Positions 41,535-50,966 of a stretch of 58,790 nucleotides of DNA are shown one piece after another (position 1 is the first letter of the stretch; the number at the start of each line of letters is the position of its first letter). Below the pieces are notes generated by a model. The model saw nothing but the letters and a program-made list of their open reading frames with translations, did no database searches and was not told where the DNA came from. Where the stretch lies: sequence record MW929182. One strand, 5' to 3'. The stretch is from Escherichia phage FS2B. Both the position numbers and the translations under genes were made by a program.

Positions 41535-42728
41535 TTAGTAGTTTACAACAGTGCCATCATTCAGGGTAAGACTGTTAATCTGCAACACACGACCAAGCTG
41601 GCGATCACCAATCGGTGCATTCCACCCAGAGCGGTAGAAGTTACGACCACAGAAGAACAAGATCACATTACTTGCTACAGTTGAGCCATTCTCAGGGTGC
41701 TTGATATTAGCGATGTAATAACCACGACGTAAAGTACGACGGGTTACAGGGTTGATCTCTAACCCTTGTTCTTCCACTTGCATTGTTTCAGGAACAGGCT
41801 CCGAAGACTCTTCAACAACTGGTTCAGCTGTCAATGCAAAGTTCTCGTCATCTGCTGATTCAGCAAACTCTTCCACTTCTTCAACAGGCAGTTCGTAAGC
41901 AACGCGGTAGTCAGGATCAACACCAGAGAAACTCTTAACAAACTCAACGATGTTGTGAGTGTAAGTTTCCAGAGTTGTTCCAGTCAGGCCCGGAGCTGTA
42001 TTAACTTCCAGAACCCAAGCGTTAGTACCTTTGCTAATCAGGTCAACAGCACCGAAGTTCAAACCCAGAGCAGATACAGCTTTGTGGGCTTGAATCAGAA
42101 CCTGATCAGGCGGCGCATCTTGGAAGTTTGAGGAATAAACCCAACCAGTATGATGGTTTCGAACGTCTTCACGATAGGAAGGATCTTCACGATAACCATT
42201 ACGGCGAATCTTTTTCTGAACATAGGTGATAACACCTTCAAACACATGAACACGCCATTCACGACGTGGGCCTAGAATGCCACGGGTATAGAGGGGGGCG
42301 GGAGCTACACCTTCACCCTGAAGACGAACAGTGATACCTTCTCCAGAATGACCATTCAGAATAGCACGTTCATAAACAACACTATCCAGAGTCCACTCTG
42401 AAGCCTGAGCAGCACTGTTTGTGTATTCTACAGTATGTACCCCAGCAGCTTCCAAAGTTTGAAATGCTGTCATTTTGTTAGCGGCTCGGTTCAAGGCAAC
42501 CACAGAGTTCAATACAGTTGCACCACCAAAGAAAGCATCATTATATCGACGGTTTCCATAGTTGACAACAATATCACCAACTCGAGAACGATAACGAGAG
42601 CCTTCTGATACCAGAGACATTACGTTAGCATTTAAGCGAAGTTCCTGAATCTTAGTGTTAATTGCAGAAGTAAGTTCACGAACTGAATCAGAAGGGCCAT
42701 AAGGAAGAACACGGATACGAGTAGTCAT
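41535..42728 (-). CDS. ATP-grasp ligase (RimK-like) with acidic C-terminal extension
   Basis: VVYERAILNGHSGEGITV, EWRVHVFEGV, VRNHHTGW and FGAVDLI...WVLEVNTAPGL follow the ATP-grasp motif order. Confidence 0.7.
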   Translation of the reverse strand: MTTRIRVLPYGPSDSVRELTSAINTKIQELRLNANVMSLVSEGSRYRSRVGDIVVNYGNRRYNDAFFGGATVLNSVVALNRAANKMTAFQTLEAAGVHTVEYTNSAAQASEWTLDSVVYERAILNGHSGEGITVRLQGEGVAPAPLYTRGILGPRREWRVHVFEGVITYVQKKIRRNGYREDPSYREDVRNHHTGWVYSSNFQDAPPDQVLIQAHKAVSALGLNFGAVDLISKGTNAWVLEVNTAPGLTGTTLETYTHNIVEFVKSFSGVDPDYRVAYELPVEEVEEFAESADDENFALTAEPVVEESSEPVPETMQVEEQGLEINPVTRRTLRRGYYIANIKHPENGSTVASNVILFFCGRNFYRSGWNAPIGDRQLGRVLQINSLTLNDGTVVNY

Positions 42729-42730
42729 TG

Positions 42731-42955
42731 TTAGATACCTTTAAGTTTAAGAATTTCGTTACGAGTTTTTTGAATCTGAGCTTCAATTTCGAAGTAGTCG
42801 TTGAACGCATCGTTCTCTACTTCATCGGATGGTGCATCAATCAGACCGAAAGCGAACGGATACAGCTTTCGCTGCTCCGTTACCAATTCGATATGAACTC
42901 CTATGTAATACTGTAGGAGAGTAATCTTCGGTTTCTTAGGAACCAGATTTGACAT
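42731..42955 (-). CDS. hypothetical protein
   Basis: Track ORF on the coding strand between the ATP-grasp and GATase genes. Confidence 0.35.
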   Translation of the reverse strand: MSNLVPKKPKITLLQYYIGVHIELVTEQRKLYPFAFGLIDAPSDEVENDAFNDYFEIEAQIQKTRNEILKLKGI

Positions 42956-43169
42956 GAGGTTCTACCTTAATGCCTTTGATTTTTACATAATCAGCAAGCA
43001 CGTTGTTGATCACCGTTGGGAAAGGAACCTCAACCTGTGTTTCAAGTACTTGACCAATACCAGCTTGCATCCACTTCTGGATTGCACGAAGGTTATCACA
43101 TCCTGTGCTCGTCATCGGGATACGTCGAGTAGTTACAACGTTATCCAGCATCATCTTACGAATTTCCAT
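42936..43169 (-). CDS. hypothetical protein
   Basis: Track ORF on the coding strand; 2-nt gap to the GATase stop. Confidence 0.35.
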   Translation of the reverse strand: MEIRKMMLDNVVTTRRIPMTSTGCDNLRAIQKWMQAGIGQVLETQVEVPFPTVINNVLADYVKIKGIKVEPHVKSGS

Positions 43170-43171
43170 AC

Positions 43172-45202
43172 TTAACCTCTATTCAATGAACATTTAGGAG
43201 AATTACAATAAACTTGATTCATAGAACCAAGCGTACAACTTTCAGCATCGCGCCACGGAATCTGCTTAAAACACTCTGAGCAGTATCCGAGGGTTGACCA
43301 CATGGCTTTGGTGAAGTCAGTGCTTCGGTTTCCGTCGAAGCTGACAACAGTTTTGCGGAGAGCTGTTCGTGATTCAGGAAACACACCTGCTTTCTCAGCA
43401 GGTTCCTCCTTTTTTGGCTTAGTTGAGATTGCAAAAATACTGTTGCTACGTTTCTCAACATAAGCATCAACAACATCCTCCAGAGTGATGCCTGTCTGTT
43501 TCGCTGAGGAAGGTAATACAGTCATACGACCGATCATATCTTCAGTTACACGTAAAGCGAATTCAGGACGACGGGCGTTTGTTGTATCTGTTGCTTTAAT
43601 CCAGACATAACCATCTTTGATCGTAGCATTAGACACTTTCTTCTTTACTTCTACAGCGCAGACTTTACAGATATCTTCACCACGAAGACGACTAAGTTCA
43701 TCATCGAACTCATTCTCTGTTTTAACTTCACCGCAGATTTCACAAACACCAATAGGAGTTTCCTCCTCTTCTTCCTCTTTAGGTTTAGTCAAACCTTCCA
43801 GACATTCAGGATGCCAATAGCACTGATATGCGAAGACTGCTTTAGGTGCATCCTTCCAATCAATGTGCTTATCACAACCACCACAATCACCATGAGAGTG
43901 CGCTTCCCAGAATTTACGAGTGATAGTAACACCATTCTTGTTGACGAAACTATCATTCATATCAAAAGGGATATCATCATCGAAGTCAGCAGTAGTTGAC
44001 TCAGGCTCCTTTTTCTCCAGAGATGGGTCAACAAAACGACCTGCTGTGATCACTAAACGGACCATAGCATTGACTTCGGAGATGCAGGATACTGTCCCAC
44101 GGTAAACAATTTTAGGGTCTTTCAGGGCATCCTGATAAGCCTTAATGTCTACGTTATGAACATCACCTTCGATATACTCTTGAGATTTCTCATCGTAGAT
44201 ATAACCAATCATCTTACCACGAGAAGGAACAGCACCGGCAGTTGCATAAGGAACAAACTCATGCGGAGTGATTTCCACAGTCATATCGCGGCGAATATCA
44301 ATGTTTCGATCGCTTGCGATTTTGTTTTGACTTACCACTGCGTTTCTTCGACGAACGTCTGCCGCTGTCACACCCGGCTTCGTGTCGTAAGGATTGCTTG
44401 TACTGCTTTTTGAGGAACTTTGATAGTTGCTTTGGCTGTAATTGTTCGAGTAGTAATTGCCCCAACGATTGACTACCGTAAAAACCGGAAGCTCGTGGGC
44501 GACCTCTTCAACCAGTGTCATGCTGTTATTAGACATGTCAAAGATATACTCTGTACCAACTTTACACTCAAAATGCTCATCAATACGGTTCTTGTGAGAC
44601 TTCGAACGCTTCAGAATCCACATCAGCATATCTTCTTCAGAAGCGCCAAACCAATCTCTGTTACAACGTGCGAGATGGAAAGGACGCTCTTCGTTACGAA
44701 TGATATGAAGGCGGTTATCAGAAGCATCATGCCAGATTAAGGTGAAAGCACCATCCAGCTTTTGAATAGTCTCTGCTGCACCAATAGTGTTAATAGAGTG
44801 GCAGATGTTCTCACTATCTACCTCGAAGTTTTTACTGTCAGGTAACAGGTCTTGGTCCATCAAGGTTCCATTATGAACCAGAGTGATGTTACCATGTTGG
44901 AAAGGATGGGCGTTCTTGGCGTTAACTGCACCTTTCGTTGCATGACGGCTGTGACCAACAATCCATGAAGGTGCTACAGTGTAAGCTGTTTCACCAGTGG
45001 TGTGCTTCTTGTACTCATCTTGTAGGATGAATGCGAAAGAAGGAAGAGCTTCTTTATAAGTGAAGACTTCCTTAGTACTTTTACGCTGACCAAAGATACC
45101 GGAGGAATGTTGTCCTCGGAATACTCCAGCATAAAAGAGTTGGTTAAATACGTCTAAATCAGTGCTTGACAGATTACCGCCAGCTAATACGATGCCACAA
45201 AT
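43172..45202 (-). CDS. class-II glutamine amidotransferase (Ntn-type) with Cys-rich C-terminal region; apparent ATT start
   Basis: Hand translation upstream of the track TTG start gives in-frame (ATT)CGIVLAGG...FRGQHSSGI...VGHSRHATKGAVNAKNAHPF..LVHNGTL..SDSE after a TAG stop two codons before the Cys; AGGTGG RBS 8 nt upstream of ATT. Confidence 0.55.
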   Translation of the reverse strand: MCGIVLAGGNLSSTDLDVFNQLFYAGVFRGQHSSGIFGQRKSTKEVFTYKEALPSFAFILQDEYKKHTTGETAYTVAPSWIVGHSRHATKGAVNAKNAHPFQHGNITLVHNGTLMDQDLLPDSKNFEVDSENICHSINTIGAAETIQKLDGAFTLIWHDASDNRLHIIRNEERPFHLARCNRDWFGASEEDMLMWILKRSKSHKNRIDEHFECKVGTEYIFDMSNNSMTLVEEVAHELPVFTVVNRWGNYYSNNYSQSNYQSSSKSSTSNPYDTKPGVTAADVRRRNAVVSQNKIASDRNIDIRRDMTVEITPHEFVPYATAGAVPSRGKMIGYIYDEKSQEYIEGDVHNVDIKAYQDALKDPKIVYRGTVSCISEVNAMVRLVITAGRFVDPSLEKKEPESTTADFDDDIPFDMNDSFVNKNGVTITRKFWEAHSHGDCGGCDKHIDWKDAPKAVFAYQCYWHPECLEGLTKPKEEEEEETPIGVCEICGEVKTENEFDDELSRLRGEDICKVCAVEVKKKVSNATIKDGYVWIKATDTTNARRPEFALRVTEDMIGRMTVLPSSAKQTGITLEDVVDAYVEKRSNSIFAISTKPKKEEPAEKAGVFPESRTALRKTVVSFDGNRSTDFTKAMWSTLGYCSECFKQIPWRDAESCTLGSMNQVYCNSPKCSLNRG

Positions 45203-45281
45203 TTTCTAATCCACCTGAAGGGTAAACCCTTTCATCTAATTAACCTTTAAATTGTGCCCCTTTATCAGAGGCACCCATTGA

Positions 45282-46385
45282 TTACAGCGCTTGCTCTAAC
45301 TGATTTTCCAGATGGTCTGGAATGTACCCTGTGATATTGCTATCACTGTGACCTGACTCACGTAGTAAGTCAAAAATAGCACGGATACGCTGTTCTGGAG
45401 CGTGTCTTACTTGAGATAGGTCTGCTGTACGAAGCATAACCAAAATCTCTTGGTACAAGTTGTTAGCGTTCCCTCGGACATACCCAAGGAAGCCATAGAA
45501 GTCTGACATAAGACGTAAGTCAACAAGAGCCTCTCCGTTGGAGTTGGTTCGACGTAAACGAATACGACCAGACTGTTCTACTTCATGAGAACGGCAATAC
45601 AAAACATCACGGGCCATACAATATCCTGAATGCAAATCAGATTCATCCAGATTGTAATCCAGAGGAAGGTAAGGAAGCATTGGGGCAAATCGTACAGTAT
45701 TTAAGTGCTCAATAAACTGATCATTGCTCATATCTGCGTTATCTAAAGCCAGCTTCTTCAACATCAAGAAGCGGTTAACCAGATTGAGAAGTTGACCACG
45801 TTTCCACTTAGGCTCACTGATACGGAACTCAATTGAACCGTATTGGGCAAGTGGCAGAAGGTTCAGAGATGTATATTTATCCCATGAACGAACCAGACGG
45901 TTGAAGAATTCTTCACCATCGTAGTTAAATGCGTCAGAGGCATTCATTACCTGTGCTTGTACCACTGCAAACGCAGGGCAGAAATTGCTACGGTAACGAT
46001 GGTAGCCTGAACACTTGAACAGCATCTTTTCATAGAAGGTCCAAGCAAGGATGGTCTTCTTGAGGATATTACTATCAGCATCCCTCATATCCATATGAAC
46101 GTGAGTAGAGCAACGCCAAGTCCCCTCGGCGTGCGATTCAGCTACTGCTTCACTCAGGTTGTTGATAGCGTCTAACAACTCCTGTCCGTTGTAAGGTCGT
46201 GAACATACCATTTCACAACCGTTACGCAGGGAACCATCCTCTGTGCAATCCCACATATCTGCTTCGATATGTTCAGAACCTTCGAGTTCAAGTTCAATAC
46301 CGACACCGCACTGAAGTGCAATTGAACTATGCGCCTCAGTTAAACGACCTTCTCGATATCCAAAAGTTTGCGCTACAGTTGTCAT
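45282..46385 (-). CDS. carboxylate-amine ligase (amidoligase, glutamine-synthetase-like fold)
   Basis: GIELELEG, EDGSLRNGCEMVCSRP and STHVHMD resemble the amidoligase/GCS2 conserved blocks. Confidence 0.55.
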   Translation of the reverse strand: MTTVAQTFGYREGRLTEAHSSIALQCGVGIELELEGSEHIEADMWDCTEDGSLRNGCEMVCSRPYNGQELLDAINNLSEAVAESHAEGTWRCSTHVHMDMRDADSNILKKTILAWTFYEKMLFKCSGYHRYRSNFCPAFAVVQAQVMNASDAFNYDGEEFFNRLVRSWDKYTSLNLLPLAQYGSIEFRISEPKWKRGQLLNLVNRFLMLKKLALDNADMSNDQFIEHLNTVRFAPMLPYLPLDYNLDESDLHSGYCMARDVLYCRSHEVEQSGRIRLRRTNSNGEALVDLRLMSDFYGFLGYVRGNANNLYQEILVMLRTADLSQVRHAPEQRIRAIFDLLRESGHSDSNITGYIPDHLENQLEQAL

Positions 46386-46999
46386 AACGAATCCACCAAC
46401 GTAATATTATAATTGCTAAGGTTTTCAGAGATGTGATGAAAATGCTCCAGAAGTCGCATCGGTTGTTGACCGTAAGAGTCACGAGGCGCTTCCAGATCTA
46501 CCTGACCTACCAGTGCACCTTTATAATGCACTTTACCATCTGTAGGATTGATGTAAATATAACGAGTAACCAATCCATCAAATTCAGGATTGAACAGACT
46601 GTAAACCATTTCACCAGAGATCGAACGACCAATCCCCGGAGCGTTTCGAATCTTGTTACCCATCAAACCCTTCGCTCTCTGACGAACAGGATTGATATGA
46701 GTCCAGCTTACAGTGTTACCGTTATGGAACAGATAACCAACATCAGGTGATTCGAGAATCAAGGTTGGGTCGAACACTGGAATATTCATCGTAGTGTTTC
46801 GGAGATTCCCATGCTCGTTCTTGTACCACTGCTCTACAACAAAATACAGAGCCTGTTCTGCTTCATGCGAGAAGTCATCGCTGCGGAAGTTACCGCTCTG
46901 CTCAACACCAATCACAAAACACGGAAGGTTGATATTGCCTGCTCGTTTAGCAATCCATGTACCATTATAGTAATGAGAAAAATCAGCTACTAAGCTCAC
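46382..46999 (-). CDS. hypothetical protein within the ligase operon
   Basis: Track ORF; 4-nt overlap with the amidoligase gene. Confidence 0.45.
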   Translation of the reverse strand: MSLVADFSHYYNGTWIAKRAGNINLPCFVIGVEQSGNFRSDDFSHEAEQALYFVVEQWYKNEHGNLRNTTMNIPVFDPTLILESPDVGYLFHNGNTVSWTHINPVRQRAKGLMGNKIRNAPGIGRSISGEMVYSLFNPEFDGLVTRYIYINPTDGKVHYKGALVGQVDLEAPRDSYGQQPMRLLEHFHHISENLSNYNITLVDSL

Positions 47000-47008
47000 G
47001 ATAACCTC

Positions 47009-47815
47009 TTATGCTACCTGAAGGAGTTTGATCTGCTGGTCAGCTTCTTTAACGTTGTTCCCGTTAATGATTTCATGAAGCTTCTCAATCGGAAGGCGAG
47101 AGTGCAATGCCATCAGAGTGGACATATCACACTGCTGAACAACCTTGTCAACCTGATCGTAAACAAACTTACGGTTTTCACGATCACTAATCCAGAAGTT
47201 AGACAGAGAGCGGTATTCAATACCATAGTCTTTATAACGGATTGCAGATGCTTTACCGTAGAGTTCTTTACGGCGAGTATCTTTGTCCATAATTACTGCT
47301 GGGAGAGACAGGAAGTAGTCACACAACACACCCAGCATCATCTGAGTTTGCAGAGTGATATCCAAAGCACCAACTACGCCAAGATGTACGTGACCACCGG
47401 CAGTACGAAGTCCCTTATTCTGAGAAGTCGGGGATGGGTTTTTCTGACCAGTGAAGGCGTTGAAATCAGGAGTGCACCCGAAGATGAACGCTGATTCGTT
47501 AAAGGTCTTCATCTCTTCTTCAGTGAAGATGTGAGAGCTAACACCCGGAGCTGTTTCCATGTCCAGTTTGTTCAGGACATTATTGGTGAGATCAATACCA
47601 CGTTGCATGTTATCGTTAAACGCTTCAAAACCGCTCTGTGGGTCAATATCAAACTCAGCCAGTACGTTGTCCTCTTGGAGACGAACATCCTTAGCCAGAG
47701 CGATCTTATCGTCCTTAGAGCAGCCTAATAAACCGGCTACAGAAGTGATGATACCATTACTAGTACGAACGAACATTTCAGGGTCAGAGCCGATGAGGAA
47801 TTTGCGCTTAGTCAT
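47009..47815 (-). CDS. second carboxylate-amine ligase-like protein (GCS2-like)
   Basis: N-terminal FLIGSDPEMFV and later GGHVHLGV resemble GCS2-type motifs (LGVEEEF, G.H.H.GV); weaker match than 45282..46385. Confidence 0.4.
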   Translation of the reverse strand: MTKRKFLIGSDPEMFVRTSNGIITSVAGLLGCSKDDKIALAKDVRLQEDNVLAEFDIDPQSGFEAFNDNMQRGIDLTNNVLNKLDMETAPGVSSHIFTEEEMKTFNESAFIFGCTPDFNAFTGQKNPSPTSQNKGLRTAGGHVHLGVVGALDITLQTQMMLGVLCDYFLSLPAVIMDKDTRRKELYGKASAIRYKDYGIEYRSLSNFWISDRENRKFVYDQVDKVVQQCDMSTLMALHSRLPIEKLHEIINGNNVKEADQQIKLLQVA

Positions 47816-48779
47816 TGTAATACTCCACTAGTTCAGAAAAGAGAGATGAGATTGTGTTACCAACTTCTTCAAGAGTAAGACCGGAATCTGCTCCAGTTCT
47901 TTGAATCAGTCGGGATGTAAAGTTTTGTACCGTAATGTTTCCCAACTTGTCGTCTATTGCTTCACGTTTGTGACCATAACAGTTGGACCAGAGTCTTAAC
48001 CACTCTGACATTGTTTCATACTCGTCTGGGTCTTGATCTTTAGCACGAGCAAATCTTCGTAAGGCATCTTGGTTGTGGTTACGAACATAACCATTCTCAT
48101 TGTCGCCAACACCGAAGGGGTTTTGAACCCATACTTGCTTCGTATATTCATCAGAGTCTACAACCAAAGGAAGGAAAGCTGCTGCTGACATATTGTTGTT
48201 AATAACAATAGAGGTGCTCTCGCTACTCCCATTGGCTCTTCCTCGTTGAGACCACCCACCGAAGAAGTCACGACCCAACCCAGCTAACACTAGAGCGATG
48301 CCGATGCGTTTACGCTTCAGCCACTCTTCCCTGTCTTCAATTCCTTCTGCTAGGAAATCCATTCCACGATATTGCCCTTCCAGAATACTACGGAAGAGCA
48401 TAAGTCCTGTGAAGACCTGATCTGCTGGATGCTCACGAAGATTGACAGCAACACTGTTCGCTGAAGTGATAGTAAATACATCACGATAGCAAGACATAGA
48501 ATTCATAATGTCTGCTGTTTCAATCAAGTTCTTTTCAATATCAGATGGAACATGACCATGAAAAGAGTGGGTCCAGTAATTCAACATCTCCAATTGCAAG
48601 TTAATGTCACGGTTGAAGCGTTTATGGCGCCCATCTTCCATTACACATTCGTCATTAACATCATATACGACTTGACCTTGCATGTAGTTGTGGATACCGA
48701 AGCACCCACGACCTAAGAACTTCTGTTCCCCTAAATCCTGTTGAAGATTAAGAGGTACGATCGTTGTGGAGATTGACAT
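47808..48779 (-). CDS. hypothetical protein within the ligase operon
   Basis: Track ORF; 8-nt overlap with the downstream gene. Confidence 0.45.
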   Translation of the reverse strand: MSISTTIVPLNLQQDLGEQKFLGRGCFGIHNYMQGQVVYDVNDECVMEDGRHKRFNRDINLQLEMLNYWTHSFHGHVPSDIEKNLIETADIMNSMSCYRDVFTITSANSVAVNLREHPADQVFTGLMLFRSILEGQYRGMDFLAEGIEDREEWLKRKRIGIALVLAGLGRDFFGGWSQRGRANGSSESTSIVINNNMSAAAFLPLVVDSDEYTKQVWVQNPFGVGDNENGYVRNHNQDALRRFARAKDQDPDEYETMSEWLRLWSNCYGHKREAIDDKLGNITVQNFTSRLIQRTGADSGLTLEEVGNTISSLFSELVEYYND

Positions 48780-48789
48780 AACTAACCTT

Positions 48790-49986
48790 TTATTTTCCTA
48801 AAAATAATCCGCTCATAATACCATCCCACTCAGAGGACGGAATCACTGAATACTCCGAACTTTGGTCCAGAGTTCCACTACTAAATCGCTGAATGATGTT
48901 GTAGATGTTGAACAGGTCTTTAGCCTCGGCACGAATGCCGTAGATTAACCTGTTAGCTGTTTTCTCATTTTTAGACACGCGACGGGTAAAGTTAACCAAA
49001 AGATTATCACCTTTAAGTGTCTCTGACCCGTCTTTTACTAGATCGGGGTGCATCACTGGCAAGAACATTGAGTTGTTAACTCGTAATTCTGCTGTTTCAT
49101 CATTCTCGTAATGAATCCACTTAAAGTCTTCATCACGGAAATGACCGCATCCATCTCTATATGACTGTTGACGCCAAGGCACTTGAAATGCTTCAGCGTA
49201 TTTATCAGCCATGCCGACTGTAAATAGCGACGCTGGGAAGATACAAGCATCCCAATCGTTACCAACCAGAGTTGCTTTCTTTTCTCCCAAGAGGTTAGTG
49301 TAAGTGCTAACCATTCGGGAATAAACGTAAGCCTGAAGGATTGTCCAGCCTTCAACCAACCATTTATGGAGGAAGGTTTCAACTTGACTCTCTTCATCTT
49401 CACAATAGAAGGTTCGGTCTAACATCAAATAGAACAGACAACGATCAGCAGGGATGTTCTCAGTTGCTACCCCCATAAAACCTTTATCGTGCCAGCGTAA
49501 ACAGGAGGGACGATCTTTGTCCACAAATGCTTCCATAGCTTCCAGTACAGCACGAGGTGTGGTTCGATGTTCAGGGTTTTTGTCGTTCCAACGTTCGATG
49601 TTATTCTTGGGAGGTGTGTCTTCATCTTCATACGAACACCAACTTAAAGCTTCAGCTACATGCTTTTCATCACGCCAACGTCTAAAACCTAACATCTTCA
49701 TATGAGTTCCGGAGTTCCAGATATGCTTGATTTTACACATATCCATCTCTCGGCTTAACAGGAACTCTTCTCCATCAGCACTACGAACGTTAGCTTCTTC
49801 ATGCCACACTCGAACGTGCATATTCCATCCATGAGTTGCCTCATACATGTTAGGGTCGAAGTAGTCATCATCTTCGTCGTCTTCATCAACGCCACCATTA
49901 TAGTTGCGAAGCTGAAGGAACCCATAACAAGGAGGACTAACCGTTAAAACATTACCTTCAGTATCTTCTAATGTTACTGGAAACAT
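48790..49986 (-). CDS. hypothetical protein within the ligase operon (acidic N-terminal region)
   Basis: Track ORF; no recognisable motif. Confidence 0.45.
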   Translation of the reverse strand: MFPVTLEDTEGNVLTVSPPCYGFLQLRNYNGGVDEDDEDDDYFDPNMYEATHGWNMHVRVWHEEANVRSADGEEFLLSREMDMCKIKHIWNSGTHMKMLGFRRWRDEKHVAEALSWCSYEDEDTPPKNNIERWNDKNPEHRTTPRAVLEAMEAFVDKDRPSCLRWHDKGFMGVATENIPADRCLFYLMLDRTFYCEDEESQVETFLHKWLVEGWTILQAYVYSRMVSTYTNLLGEKKATLVGNDWDACIFPASLFTVGMADKYAEAFQVPWRQQSYRDGCGHFRDEDFKWIHYENDETAELRVNNSMFLPVMHPDLVKDGSETLKGDNLLVNFTRRVSKNEKTANRLIYGIRAEAKDLFNIYNIIQRFSSGTLDQSSEYSVIPSSEWDGIMSGLFLGK

Positions 49987-49997
49987 TATACCAACCT

Positions 49998-50360
49998 CTA
50001 TTGGTTTTTAATCAACTCGATCGATTTACGAATATAGAGAATATCTCGGAAGTTTCGATAGTTGTTCATAAATTGATGCTTCTGGAAAGAAGCTTCTTCC
50101 AGAGCTTTCTTTGCGTCTGCGTAGCTTTTACGGGCAAGATGTACAACCCGTTCTGGTAACATGTTTGCATGACGGATGACATACTTGTGAGCTTTCATGT
50201 TGCTTTGCTCACGAGCAATCTTACCTTTAGCAACTTTGATACCATTTGCAATCCAAGCAAGTTCTTGCTCAAGTTCTTCGTTGGACATACCACCGAGGTT
50301 TGATGCAACCTTGTTCAGAGTTTCAATATTAACGTTGCCCTTGATGGGACGTGTATTCAT
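49998..50360 (-). CDS. hypothetical helical protein
   Basis: Track ORF on the coding strand. Confidence 0.4.
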   Translation of the reverse strand: MNTRPIKGNVNIETLNKVASNLGGMSNEELEQELAWIANGIKVAKGKIAREQSNMKAHKYVIRHANMLPERVVHLARKSYADAKKALEEASFQKHQFMNNYRNFRDILYIRKSIELIKNQ

Positions 50361-50530
50361 ACTTACTCCTGTTGTTTACACTCGTCAATAACCCACTGAT
50401 AAGTGGATTGCCCAGAAAAGAAACACTGAATAAATCCAGATGTTCTCTGCGTTACCAGTGCTAGTGCACAAATCACTACCGCTGCTGCTAGCAGTTTTAA
50501 ATCTAATTTAGACATATTTCCTCTCGTTGA

Positions 50531-50559
50531 ATTTAAAAAAGGACTCTCCGAAAAGAGTC
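50531..50559 (-). terminator. intrinsic terminator
   Basis: Minus-strand hairpin GACTCTTTTCGGAGAGTC followed by CTTTTTTAAATT. Confidence 0.55.
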
Positions 50560-50619
50560 AAGCTTTAAATACAAAAAGATATTACCCAATATCTGTGGAT
50601 AACCTGCTCTTAAAATATC

Positions 50620-50750
50620 TATCCGACGGATGTTCGAGGAATGTTCCTCTCCCTAGCATCGGCCCCATACGGGAAATATATTAAGATTAGGTTAGTTGAG
50701 TCAGAATAACTCACATAGCCCTCCGAAGAAGGCTATAGGCGTTACTACAA
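50620..50750 (-). repeat. conserved intergenic element, copy A (second copy at 55943..56050)
   Basis: Identical blocks CGGATGTTCGAG, CTCCCTAGC and CTCACATAGCCCTC in the same order as copy B, plus a conserved hairpin ATAGCC(CT)...(AG)GGCTAT. Confidence 0.5.
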
Positions 50751-50966
50751 CTAAAAGTCACTTGATTCTACAAAAGCATCACTAAGGATTTCGTCAATTT
50801 CTTTGTTAGTCAAATCTTTCCTGAACCAACAACAAGGTACATCCACCCATTGACCAGAGTTGTTTTCTACAGAGCATCTATTGCCTGTCTTACTCTTGCA
50901 CTTATAGGTTTTACCTTTGTCTAGACGATAATGTATTCTGTGAACGATCGACACAAGCGTTATCAT
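50751..50966 (-). CDS. hypothetical Cys-rich small protein
   Basis: Track ORF on the coding strand. Confidence 0.35.
   Translation of the reverse strand: MITLVSIVHRIHYRLDKGKTYKCKSKTGNRCSVENNSGQWVDVPCCWFRKDLTNKEIDEILSDAFVESSDF

Noticed and set aside
50364-50515. Small membrane ORF between 49998..50360 and the terminator at 50531
   Set aside because: My hand translation gave a length inconsistent with the coordinates (probable transcription error), so I could not fix the frame or stop with confidence
50594-50602. Perfect DnaA-box-like nonamer TGTGGATAA
   Set aside because: A single 9-mer is expected by chance about 0.5 times in a 59-kb window on two strands; no cluster of boxes was seen
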